DNA from: an uncultured Bacteroides sp.
Lineage (GTDB): Bacteria > Bacteroidota > Bacteroidia > Bacteroidales > UBA11471
DNA length: 64,000 bases
Direction of reading: 5' to 3'
Assembly: GCA_963931635.1 (NCBI GenBank)
Contig: OZ007034.1
Span: forward strand, 201,883 to 265,882
This document shows, piece after piece, positions 55,912-64,000 of this stretch; the first letter of the stretch is position 1, and each line of letters opens with the position of its first letter. The translations under genes were made by a program, and so were the position numbers. The notes under the pieces were generated by a model that was not told the DNA's origin, did no database searches, and worked only from the letters and a program-made list of their open reading frames with translations.

Positions 55912-55919
55912 TATTTTTG
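55912..55919 (+). promoter_or_regulatory. Candidate -7 box (TATTTTTG) of the trp operon
   Basis: It matches TAnnTTTG and lies 30 nt upstream of the leader-peptide ATG. Confidence 0.4.
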
Positions 55920-55949
55920 CTGCCGTAACAAAACAGAAAAAAGAAACTC

Positions 55950-56012
55950 ATGTACACTTTTACACAAAACAATTTTTGGTGGTGGCTCTGCTTACAACAA
56001 CATTTGTCGTAA
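55950..56012 (+). CDS. trp operon leader peptide (20 aa, MYTFTQNNFWWWLCLQQHLS)
   Basis: ATG at 55950. There are three consecutive TGG codons at 55977-55985 and TAA at 56010-56012. It sits between a promoter box and a terminator directly upstream of trpB. Confidence 0.75.
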   Translation: MYTFTQNNFWWWLCLQQHLS

Positions 56013-56056
56013 GGAGATGCGCCTTGTATTTGTGTAAATAAAAGAATATCGTCAGA

Positions 56057-56090
56057 GAAGGCCCGTCGTAATTACGACGGGCCTTTTTTC
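56057..56090 (+). terminator. Attenuator terminator of the trp leader
   Basis: An 11-bp stem AGGCCCGTCGT / ACGACGGGCCT with a 4-nt loop and a T6 run ends about 45 nt upstream of the trpB ATG. Confidence 0.75.
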
Positions 56091-56135
56091 TATGTCTTCC
56101 AGTCAGCCAAATCAAAAAACAAAACCAGCATAAAG

Positions 56136-57317
56136 ATGAAAACCTACCACGTAAACAAAGAGGGATACTACGGCGAGTTCGGTGGTGCCTACGTTCCCGA
56201 AATTCTCCACCGCTGTGTCGAAGAGCTGCAAAATGTCTATCTCGATGTACTCGAAAGCGAATCGTTCCGGAGCGAGTACGACAACCTGCTGCGCAACTAT
56301 GTAGGGCGCCCCTCACCTCTCTACCTGGCACAACGGCTGTCGGAAAAATACGGTTGTAAAATCTACCTCAAACGCGAAGACCTCAATCACACCGGCGCAC
56401 ACAAAATCAACAACGCCATAGGTCAGGTACTGCTTGCCCGCCGCATGGGAAAGAGCCGCATCATTGCCGAGACGGGAGCCGGTCAGCACGGAGTGGCCAC
56501 CGCCACGGTATGTGCCCTCATGGGCATGGAGTGCATCGTGTACATGGGGCAGACCGACGTCGAACGCCAACATATCAACGTCGAGAAGATGCGAATGCTC
56601 GGCGCCACGGTGCAGCCCGTCACCTCGGGAAACATGACCCTGAAAGACGCCACCAACGAAGCAATCCGCGACTGGTGCTGCCACCCGTCGGATACCTACT
56701 ACGTCATCGGCTCGACCGTAGGGCCACACCCCTACCCCGACATGGTGGCCCGTCTGCAATCGGTCATCAGCGAAGAGATACGCAAACAACTGCTGCAACA
56801 GGAGGGACGCGAATACCCCGACTACCTCATGGCCTGCGTAGGGGGTGGCAGCAACGCGGCCGGTACCATCTACCACTATCTCGACGACGGACGGGTGAAA
56901 ATCGTACTGGCCGAAGCCGGCGGCCTGGGCATCGACACGCCCATGTCGGCAGCCACCATACACCTGGGACGTAAAGGCATCATACACGGAGCCCGCACCC
57001 TGGTAATGCAGGACGAAGACGGACAGATACAGGAGCCCTACTCCATCTCGGCCGGCCTCGACTATCCCGGCATAGGCCCCTTGCACGCCAACCTCGCCCA
57101 CGAACGTCGCGCCACCGTACTGGCCGTCAACGACGACGAGGCCCTGGCTGCCGCCTACGAACTGACCCGCCTCGAAGGCATCATTCCCGCCCTCGAATCG
57201 GCCCACGCACTGGGAGCCCTGGCAAAAATCGACTTCAAACCGTCCGACGTCGTCGTCCTCACCGTATCGGGCCGCGGCGACAAAGACATAGAGACTTACC
57301 TCAAACATCTGGCATAG
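56136..57317 (+). CDS. trpB: Tryptophan synthase beta chain
   Basis: The PLP-lysine motif is [11 protein letters not shown]. It is TrpB-like along its full length (393 aa). Confidence 0.92.
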   Translation: MKTYHVNKEGYYGEFGGAYVPEILHRCVEELQNVYLDVLESESFRSEYDNLLRNYVGRPSPLYLAQRLSEKYGCKIYLKREDLNHTGAHKINNAIGQVLLARRMGKSRIIAETGAGQHGVATATVCALMGMECIVYMGQTDVERQHINVEKMRMLGATVQPVTSGNMTLKDATNEAIRDWCCHPSDTYYVIGSTVGPHPYPDMVARLQSVISEEIRKQLLQQEGREYPDYLMACVGGGSNAAGTIYHYLDDGRVKIVLAEAGGLGIDTPMSAATIHLGRKGIIHGARTLVMQDEDGQIQEPYSISAGLDYPGIGPLHANLAHERRATVLAVNDDEALAAAYELTRLEGIIPALESAHALGALAKIDFKPSDVVVLTVSGRGDKDIETYLKHLA

Positions 57318-57319
57318 AC

Positions 57320-58720
57320 ATGAAACCCTTCTGCTACAAAATCGGTCATAAACTGATGCTCGGCGACCTGTACACGCCGGTAAGCACCTATCTCAAAGTA
57401 CGCGACTTCTTCTCACAAAGCGCCCTGATGGAGAGCGCCGACTACCACGGTGGCGAAAACAACCGTTCGTTCATCGGCCTGCACCCCATCGCCAGCATCG
57501 GCATCAACCGCGGCAAAGCCACCCTGCGCTACCCCGACGACACGGTCGTGGAACACGACATTACCGAGAGCTACCGCTGCGAAGATGCCCTCAACGAATT
57601 TCTCGGAGCCTTCCGGCTCGAAGGTGAATTTCTCAACTACTGCGGCCTCTACGGATATACCTCGTTCAATGCCGTGCGCTATTTTGAGAACATACCCATC
57701 GCCGACGAGTGCGACGAACGCAACGATGCCCCCGACCTGCTCTACATTCTCTACAAGTATCTCATCGTCTTCAACGACTTCAAGCACGAAATGGTGCTAC
57801 TCGAACTGGTGGGCGAAAACGAGACCAGCACCATGGATACTCTCGAAAAGGCTGTCGAGAACCGCAACTACACCTCTTATGAATTTCACGCCGTAGGGCC
57901 CACCACCAGCACGCTGACCGACGACCAGCACCGCGAGAATATACGGCGGGGTATCGCCCACTGTATGCGGGGCGATGTGTTCCAGATTGTTCTCTCGCGC
58001 CGCTTCACCCAATCGTTCGTGGGCGACGACTTCAAGCTCTACCGCGCCCTGCGGAGCATCAACCCCTCGCCCTATCTCTTCTACTTCGACTTCGGCGGGT
58101 TCCGCATCTTCGGCTCCTCGCCCGAGACCCACTGCCGCATCGAAGGCCGGCGGGCCTTCATCGACCCCATAGCGGGCACGACACGCCGCACGGGCAACAG
58201 CGAAAAAGATGCCGCACTGGCAGCCGCTCTCCGAGCCGACCCGAAAGAGAATGCCGAGCACGTCATGCTTGTCGACCTGGCCCGCAACGACCTGAGCCGC
58301 AACTGCCATAACGTGAAGGTCGACTTCTACAAGGAGACGCAGTATTACAGCCACGTCATCCACCTCGTGAGCCGGGTAAGCGGCCGGCTCGACACCGATG
58401 CCGACCCGATAAAAACCTTTATCGACACCTTTCCTGCCGGCACACTCTCGGGAGCGCCCAAGGTACGGGCCATGCAACTCATCAACCGCTACGAACCGCA
58501 CTCGCGCGGTGCCTACGGCGGCTGCATCGGATTCATCGGGTTCGACGGCAGCCTCAACCAGGCCATCACCATCCGCACCTTCGTGAGCCGCAACAACGAA
58601 CTGTGGTTCCAGGCCGGCGGCGGTATCGTAGCCAAAAGCGACGTCGAGAACGAATTGCAGGAAGTAAACAACAAACTCGGCGCCTTGAAAAAAGCCATCG
58701 AAATGGCCGAACGTCTCTAA
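57320..58720 (+). CDS. trpE: Anthranilate synthase component I
   Basis: The 466-aa product has a chorismate-binding domain (GDVFQIVLSRRF, NPSPYLFY, GTLSGAPKVRAMQLI). Confidence 0.9.
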   Translation: MKPFCYKIGHKLMLGDLYTPVSTYLKVRDFFSQSALMESADYHGGENNRSFIGLHPIASIGINRGKATLRYPDDTVVEHDITESYRCEDALNEFLGAFRLEGEFLNYCGLYGYTSFNAVRYFENIPIADECDERNDAPDLLYILYKYLIVFNDFKHEMVLLELVGENETSTMDTLEKAVENRNYTSYEFHAVGPTTSTLTDDQHRENIRRGIAHCMRGDVFQIVLSRRFTQSFVGDDFKLYRALRSINPSPYLFYFDFGGFRIFGSSPETHCRIEGRRAFIDPIAGTTRRTGNSEKDAALAAALRADPKENAEHVMLVDLARNDLSRNCHNVKVDFYKETQYYSHVIHLVSRVSGRLDTDADPIKTFIDTFPAGTLSGAPKVRAMQLINRYEPHSRGAYGGCIGFIGFDGSLNQAITIRTFVSRNNELWFQAGGGIVAKSDVENELQEVNNKLGALKKAIEMAERL

Positions 58721-58741
58721 CTTCACCTAAATAACGACACA

Positions 58742-59305
58742 ATGAAAACCGTCATCATAGACAATTACGACTCGTTTACCTACAACCTGCGGCACCTGGT
58801 GAGGGAGCTTGGTTCCGAAACCGAGGTCCTCAGAAACGATGCCTTCACTCTTGACGAACTCGACCGGTACGATAAAATCATTCTCTCGCCGGGCCCCGGC
58901 ATACCGCAGGAAGCCGGCCTCATGCCCGCCGTTATCGAACGCTATGCCGGTGTGAAACCCATCTTGGGGGTCTGCCTGGGCCATCAGGCCATCGGCGAGG
59001 CTTTCGGGGCGAAACTGCGCAACCTCAGCGAGGTATTTCATGGCGTACAGACTCCCGTAACGCTGCTCGGCAACGACTACATCTTTGCCGGACTGGAAGC
59101 CGAAATCGCCGTAGGTCGCTACCACTCGTGGGTGGTCGATGCCGACACCTTGCCCGACTGTCTCGAAGTCACGGCCGTCAGCCACGAAGGGCTCATCATG
59201 GCTCTGCGCCACAAAAGCTACGACATACACGGCATACAGTTTCACCCCGAATCGGTACTCACACCGCAAGGGAAAAAGATAATTGCACAATTCCTTAACG
59301 CATGA
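58742..59305 (+). CDS. trpG: Anthranilate synthase component II (glutamine amidotransferase)
   Basis: This is a type-1 GATase with GVCLGHQAI (catalytic Cys) and GIQFHPES. Confidence 0.9.
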   Translation: MKTVIIDNYDSFTYNLRHLVRELGSETEVLRNDAFTLDELDRYDKIILSPGPGIPQEAGLMPAVIERYAGVKPILGVCLGHQAIGEAFGAKLRNLSEVFHGVQTPVTLLGNDYIFAGLEAEIAVGRYHSWVVDADTLPDCLEVTAVSHEGLIMALRHKSYDIHGIQFHPESVLTPQGKKIIAQFLNA

Positions 59306-59312
59306 TACACCC

Positions 59313-60308
59313 ATGAAAGCTATACTCCTCCGACTTTTCAATCACGAGATTCTTTCCCGCGAAGAATCGAAACAACTGCTCCTCGGCATCACGCGGGGAG
59401 AGTACAACGAAGCTCAGATAGCCGCCCTGCTCACGGTCTACAAAATGCGGTCGGTCTCGGTCGACGAGCTTATCGGATTCCGAGAGGCCCTGCTCGAAAC
59501 CCGCGTACGCATCGACCTGAGCGACTTTGCGCCCATCGACATCGTAGGGACGGGCGGCGACGGCAAGAACACCTTCAACATATCGACCTGCGCCTGTTTT
59601 GTCGTGGCGGGGGCCGGATACAAGGTGGCCAAGCACGGCAACTACGGCGCCACCTCGGTGAGCGGTGCCAGCAATGTCATCGAACAGCACGGCGTAAGAT
59701 TCAGCAACGACGAGAGCCGCCTGCGCCGCTCCATCGAGCAGTGCAACATCGCCTACCTGCACGCTCCGCTCTTCAACCCGGCCATGAAGAGTGTAGCGCC
59801 TACCCGCAAGGCCTTGCAGGTAGGTACCCTCTTCAACCTGCTCGGACCGCTGGTGAACCCGGCTCTCCCACCCAACCAACTGCTGGGCGTGGCCAATCTC
59901 GGACTGATGCGTCTGTACGCGCAGGTGTTCCAGGCACTGGGCATGGAATTTGCCGTAGTAACCAGCCTCGACGGCTACGACGAAATATCGCTCACCAACG
60001 AGTTCAAGGTCATCATGCGGCACTACGAGCGCATATACCGCCCCGAAGAGATGGGTATTCCGAGCCTGCAACCGCAAGAGCTGTTCGGCGGACACACCCC
60101 ACAGGAGGCGGCCCGCATCTTCGACAACGTACTCAACAACTGCGCCACCGGTCCGCAAAAAGACTGTGTACTCTACAACGCCGCTTTTGCCATTCAGATA
60201 CTGGAACCGCAGAAACGCATCGACGAATGCACGGCCATCGCCCGCGAATCGCTCGAAAGCGGAAAGGCTCTCGCCACCCTGAAAAAATTCATCGACCTCA
60301 ACAGTTAA
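59313..60308 (+). CDS. trpD: Anthranilate phosphoribosyltransferase
   Basis: Motifs DIVGTGGDGKNTFNIST and KHGNYG are present. The ATG at 59313 follows the trpG stop; the track start at 59283 is a TTG inside trpG. Confidence 0.9.
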   Translation: MKAILLRLFNHEILSREESKQLLLGITRGEYNEAQIAALLTVYKMRSVSVDELIGFREALLETRVRIDLSDFAPIDIVGTGGDGKNTFNISTCACFVVAGAGYKVAKHGNYGATSVSGASNVIEQHGVRFSNDESRLRRSIEQCNIAYLHAPLFNPAMKSVAPTRKALQVGTLFNLLGPLVNPALPPNQLLGVANLGLMRLYAQVFQALGMEFAVVTSLDGYDEISLTNEFKVIMRHYERIYRPEEMGIPSLQPQELFGGHTPQEAARIFDNVLNNCATGPQKDCVLYNAAFAIQILEPQKRIDECTAIARESLESGKALATLKKFIDLNS

Positions 60309-60313
60309 TTCCC

Positions 60314-61096
60314 ATGACCGATATTCTCGATACCATCATCGCAGCCAAACGGCAGGAGATAGCGTCGCTCCGCGCCATTGTCGACATCGACATGCTGATA
60401 GAAAACAGCTCGACTCCACGCCCTTTCCGCAGTATGCGCAAGGCGCTCGACGAGTCGTCGCACGGCATCATTGCCGAGTTCAAACGCAAATCTCCCTCAA
60501 AAGGGTGGATAAAGCCCGAAGGCGACAGCCGCAGCCTCCCCGCCGACTACGAACACAACGGTGCCGCGGCGCTGTCGATACTCACCGACACCCCCTTCTT
60601 CGGCGGCTCGTTGCGCGACATCGCCATGGCACGCCCCCATACCTCCCGGCCCATTTTGCGCAAAGATTTCATCATCGACGAATACCAGCTCTACCAGGCA
60701 CGCATCATCGGTGCCGATGCCGTGCTGCTCATCGCTGCCGCTCTCGACCCGAGAGATTGCCGGCAACTGGCGGCCAAAGCCCACGAACTCGGGCTGGAAA
60801 CGCTGCTCGAAATTCACGACGAAAAGGAACTCGACCACCTGTGTGAAGAAATCGACATGGTAGGGGTGAACAACCGCCACCTGGGCACCTTCCATACCGA
60901 TGTCGAAAACTCTTTCCGGCTTGCCGAACAGCTGCCGGGAGAGATGTTGAAAATCTCGGAGAGCGGCATTGCCCGCCCCGAAACGGTCGTTGCCCTGCGG
61001 CAAGCCGGTTTCAAGGGTTTTCTCATCGGCGAGACATTCATGCGCATCGACAATCCGGGCGAGGCACTGTACCATTTTATCGAACAGCTCTCATGA
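60314..61096 (+). CDS. trpC: Indole-3-glycerol phosphate synthase
   Basis: The sequence MTDILDTIIAAKRQEI...IIAEFKRKSPSKG...LRKDFIIDEYQ is TrpC-like. The true start is internal to the 451-aa track ORF. Confidence 0.9.
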   Translation: MTDILDTIIAAKRQEIASLRAIVDIDMLIENSSTPRPFRSMRKALDESSHGIIAEFKRKSPSKGWIKPEGDSRSLPADYEHNGAAALSILTDTPFFGGSLRDIAMARPHTSRPILRKDFIIDEYQLYQARIIGADAVLLIAAALDPRDCRQLAAKAHELGLETLLEIHDEKELDHLCEEIDMVGVNNRHLGTFHTDVENSFRLAEQLPGEMLKISESGIARPETVVALRQAGFKGFLIGETFMRIDNPGEALYHFIEQLS

Positions 61097-61701
61097 TTGT
61101 CAAAGTATGCGGTATGCGCGAGCCCGCCAACATTCGCGCCGTCGAAGAGTGTGGTGTCGACTGGATAGGATTTATCTTCTATCCCCGCTCACCGCGTTGC
61201 CTGACGGACAAACCTGCCTATCTGCCCCAAAAGGCCCGCCGCATCGGTGTATTTGTCGATGCTCCCCGCGAAGAGATTCTGCTCCGCGCGGCCGAATACG
61301 GTCTCTATGGCGTACAACTGCATGGAAACGAGACACCCGACCTCTGCCGCGCGATGCAATCGGCCGGCTTCAAGGTCATCAAGGCTCTTCCGGCACAGGC
61401 CATCGACCGTTGTGCCGACTACGAAGGGGTGTGCGACTACTTTCTCTTCGACTCGCCAACTTCACAGCACGGAGGCTCTGGTGTTGCTTTCGACTGGGCA
61501 CAACTCGACCGATACCGGCTCTCCACCCCTTTCCTGCTCAGCGGCGGACTCGGACCCGAAAATCTCGCAGCACTGCTTCGCTGGAATCACCCGCAATGGG
61601 CCGGCATCGACCTCAACAGCCGCTTCGAACGGCAACCGGCCATAAAAGACGTGGAAAAACTGCAAGCGTATATCGCCCGTTTCCGCGCGCATAACTTCTA
61701 A
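61093..61701 (+). CDS. trpF: Phosphoribosylanthranilate isomerase
   Basis: The sequence [14 protein letters not shown]...[10 protein letters not shown] is TrpF-like. There is an ATGA overlap with trpC. Confidence 0.9.
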   Translation: MIVKVCGMREPANIRAVEECGVDWIGFIFYPRSPRCLTDKPAYLPQKARRIGVFVDAPREEILLRAAEYGLYGVQLHGNETPDLCRAMQSAGFKVIKALPAQAIDRCADYEGVCDYFLFDSPTSQHGGSGVAFDWAQLDRYRLSTPFLLSGGLGPENLAALLRWNHPQWAGIDLNSRFERQPAIKDVEKLQAYIARFRAHNF

Positions 61702-61724
61702 CAACCCTTTTCAAATTCACAACT

Positions 61725-62498
61725 ATGAACCGCATCAACCAACTATTCGACACCCAAAAGAGTAAGATACTCTCCATCTACTTCTGCGCCGGGCACCCTA
61801 CGCTCGACAGCACCCGCTCTGTCATCAAAGCCCTCGAAAAGAACGGCATCGACATGATAGAGATAGGTATTCCGTTCAGCGACCCTATGGCCGACGGCCC
61901 CGTGATACAGGAGGCTGCCACCTGCGCCCTGCGCAACGGCATGAGCCTGAAACGGCTCTTCGACCAGCTCGAAGGTATTCGTCGGGAAGTAACCATTCCG
62001 CTCATACTGATGGGGTATCTCAATCCCATCATGCAATTCGGGTTCGAAAACTTCTGCCGCCGCTGCCGGGAATGTGGCATCGACGGTGTCATCATTCCCG
62101 ACCTGCCGTTCAAGGATTACATGAATGATTTCAAGGCTACGGCCGAGGCATACGACATAAAGATGATTATGCTCATCACCCCCGAAACGAGCGAGGAGCG
62201 CATACGGCTCATCGATGACCACACCGACGGTTTTATCTATATGGTATCGTCGGCAGCCATTACCGGCGCACAGAAAGACTTCAACGAGCAGAAACTGGCC
62301 TACTTCCGCCGCATCGAAGCCATGCAGCTACACACGCCGCGCATGATAGGATTCGGCATCTCCAACCGGCAGACATTCGAGGCGGCCTGCGCACATGCCT
62401 CCGGCACCATCATCGGTAGTCGGTTTGTCTCCCTACTCGACGAAGAGCGGGACCCCGAGCGGGCCATACAACGGTTGTTGGCTGCACTCAAAGAATAA
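61725..62498 (+). CDS. trpA: Tryptophan synthase alpha chain
   Basis: The sequence [18 protein letters not shown]...GFGIS is TrpA-like (257 aa). Confidence 0.9.
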   Translation: MNRINQLFDTQKSKILSIYFCAGHPTLDSTRSVIKALEKNGIDMIEIGIPFSDPMADGPVIQEAATCALRNGMSLKRLFDQLEGIRREVTIPLILMGYLNPIMQFGFENFCRRCRECGIDGVIIPDLPFKDYMNDFKATAEAYDIKMIMLITPETSEERIRLIDDHTDGFIYMVSSAAITGAQKDFNEQKLAYFRRIEAMQLHTPRMIGFGISNRQTFEAACAHASGTIIGSRFVSLLDEERDPERAIQRLLAALKE

Positions 62499-62517
62499 AC
62501 GCAAACGATACAAGACT

Positions 62518-62552
62518 GCGGGCAGCACCGGAAGATTCCCGATGCTGCCCGC
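62518..62552. terminator. Hairpin between convergent trpA and the downstream minus-strand gene
   Basis: A 10-bp stem GCGGGCAGCA / TGCTGCCCGC has a 15-nt loop. There is no clear T tract on either strand. Confidence 0.35.
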
Positions 62553-62575
62553 GGTAAGGCAAACTATTCTGCCGA

Positions 62576-64000
62576 TCAGCGATACGCACCCGGCACGCCG
62601 TCGGAGGTGAGGGTCTCGACCGAGATGTCGAGGCCGTGGGTGGTGCCGTTGTTGTAGAAGGTTACCTGCGCCCGGCCGAGAGAGTCGGTCGCCACGGCCG
62701 GATTCCAGTAGAGCGTGCGACGGTAGTCCTGCTCGTCGGGCAATACCCCCTGGCTGTAATCGACGTGATAAAACTCCGCCGGTATGGAGTAGCCTTGCAG
62801 GGTGGTCTGTCGATAACCCGGCTTTTCGTACTTATACTTGTCGTCGGGATAAGGTATGAGCCGTATGACTACACTGTCCATATTTTCCGTAATCTGTATG
62901 CGTTCTATACTCCGCAACGGTATAGTCTCTACACAATTCAAACTGTTCCAATTATCGCCACAGAACTTATAGACTTCGTCCCGGCACAAGAAATGGACGC
63001 GACGCCCCCGATAAAAACAATCGTGTATAAGTTTCAAACGCAATGTTATCGAATCCATAACATACATATACCTATCCATAAAGTAGGGATTGGTGCGACG
63101 AAGAAAATCGACGATATTATCGGCATAGTCGCGCACCTGGGTGTCGATCATCTTATCGACTTCTTCGGCTACGACATACTCGATGGCCGGACGTTGGGAG
63201 TCCATTAACTTTCGGGCCTTGACCTCCACCTCTTCAAGGTTATGCACCTTGATGCTGTCGGGCAACTCCGAGACCAGGGTATCGGGCAGGTCGTAGGTCT
63301 CATCGGTGTAGGTGATGGCCGAGGGGCTCTTCTCGGCCAGCTCCGTCTCTTCGACGTTCAGGCTCCGGGCCGTGGGACTGAAATACCGGTCGAGTTCGAC
63401 CATGTAGGGGGCGTTCTTCTTTTTCCCCCGCTTGTTGGTGATTTGGGTCTGTATCACCATGTCGTTTTTCCCCCAGATGTCGCTGTCAGAGAGGAAGGTG
63501 AAGCGTCCCAGCGAATCGGTGAAGCAATGCCCCCGGCTGTTGGTTAGCTCGGAATAGACCCATACCGACAGTTCCACGCCGGCTTTGGCACGGACACCGA
63601 AGAGGCGGTAATCGTAGACCTGCCCCTGCACCATGATGCCCTCTTCGACCCGGTGGACGGGCTCGAAGGGCTCTACGCCGGCCTGCTGACGCCACTCGTA
63701 ACGCCGCCAGCCCTGCACCAGCAGCAACAGGTCGAGTGCAGCCCGGTGTTCGGCGTCGTCGGACTCGAAATAGTATCCGATGTTTTCGATGTATCCTTTG
63801 ACGTCGGACTCCAACAGCAGGTTGGCCGACAGCGTGCTGGCGTAGTGCGTGGGTATCTCTGTACCGGCATCGCGCACCGATACCGACAGGGTCGTTGCCA
63901 CCGGGCGGCCCGCCGCGTCGGTAACATGCAGCGGCAGGGTGATTTTTTCGTAGGGTCGGTAGCTGCTTTTCTGCCCGTCGACGGTGATGTGCAGCTGATG
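62576..64000 (-). CDS. C-terminal part of a large secreted protein (ORF continues beyond the window end)
   Basis: The reading frame is open from the stop at 62576 to base 64000; the track's M at 63901 is an internal GTG. It contains LDLLLLVQGWRRYEW, a motif I associate with large MG2/carboxypeptidase-regulatory-like Bacteroidetes proteins. The product call is tentative. Confidence 0.6.
   Translation of the reverse strand, partial: HQLHITVDGQKSSYRPYEKITLPLHVTDAAGRPVATTLSVSVRDAGTEIPTHYASTLSANLLLESDVKGYIENIGYYFESDDAEHRAALDLLLLVQGWRRYEWRQQAGVEPFEPVHRVEEGIMVQGQVYDYRLFGVRAKAGVELSVWVYSELTNSRGHCFTDSLGRFTFLSDSDIWGKNDMVIQTQITNKRGKKKNAPYMVELDRYFSPTARSLNVEETELAEKSPSAITYTDETYDLPDTLVSELPDSIKVHNLEEVEVKARKLMDSQRPAIEYVVAEEVDKMIDTQVRDYADNIVDFLRRTNPYFMDRYMYVMDSITLRLKLIHDCFYRGRRVHFLCRDEVYKFCGDNWNSLNCVETIPLRSIERIQITENMDSVVIRLIPYPDDKYKYEKPGYRQTTLQGYSIPAEFYHVDYSQGVLPDEQDYRRTLYWNPAVATDSLGRAQVTFYNNGTTHGLDISVETLTSDGVPGAYR

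Noticed and set aside
59741-61096. A 451-aa ORF spanning the end of trpD and all of trpC.
   Set aside because: Only the part from the ATG at 60314 (MTDILDTIIAAKRQEI...) is TrpC-like. The upstream 190 codons are an Arg/Pro-rich alternative frame of trpD.
1-64000. CRISPR arrays, tRNA or rRNA genes, transposases, integrases and prophage genes.
   Set aside because: None were seen. The only regularly repeated DNA is the paralog and duplication structure at 37.8-47.1 kb, which is coding and lacks the short repeat-spacer periodicity of a CRISPR array.

Overview
This 64-kb window comes from a Bacteroidota (Bacteroidales-like) chromosome. I infer the lineage from the tmRNA tag GENNYALAA, TAnnTTTG promoter boxes, T9SS C-terminal sorting domains and DUF3575/Mfa-type pilus genes. 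The core genes are hemW, an EF-G paralog, a two-component system, ppx/ppk1, an lpxH-like gene plus glycosyltransferase, metF, holB, ssrA, an AraC regulator, DUF4492-cydAB, a Dps-like ferritin, a sigma-54 activator followed by lptE-like and secG, a DUF1593 protein, and a complete trpBEGDCFA operon preceded by a 20-codon leader peptide with three consecutive Trp codons and a terminator. Two accessory blocks stand out. (1) 11.4-29.1 kb, minus strand: a six-gene type V (Mfa-like) pilus-type operon (DUF3575 barrel, OmpA-like/TPR, Mfa1-like, Mfa2-like, lipoprotein). It ends in a translationally coupled 3840-aa multi-beta-helix protein with a T9SS sorting domain. (2) 37.8-50.8 kb, plus strand: a visibly lower-GC island with no mobility genes. 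It carries a secreted M23 peptidase coupled to a Sel1-repeat T9SS protein. It also carries five mosaic paralogs of an uncharacterised ~208-aa secreted protein, one directly after the peptidase and four in an upstream array, plus two further paralog families. A ~1.35-kb segmental duplication, including 505 bp of perfect identity, has created a chimeric ORF there. I read block 2 as a candidate peptidoglycan-hydrolase toxin plus cognate and orphan immunity array; this is inference only. Separately, ppk1 is broken by three frameshifts and the neighbouring response regulator carries an in-frame TAG, while an 11.5-kb ORF nearby is intact. No CRISPR array, tRNA, rRNA, transposase or integrase was seen.
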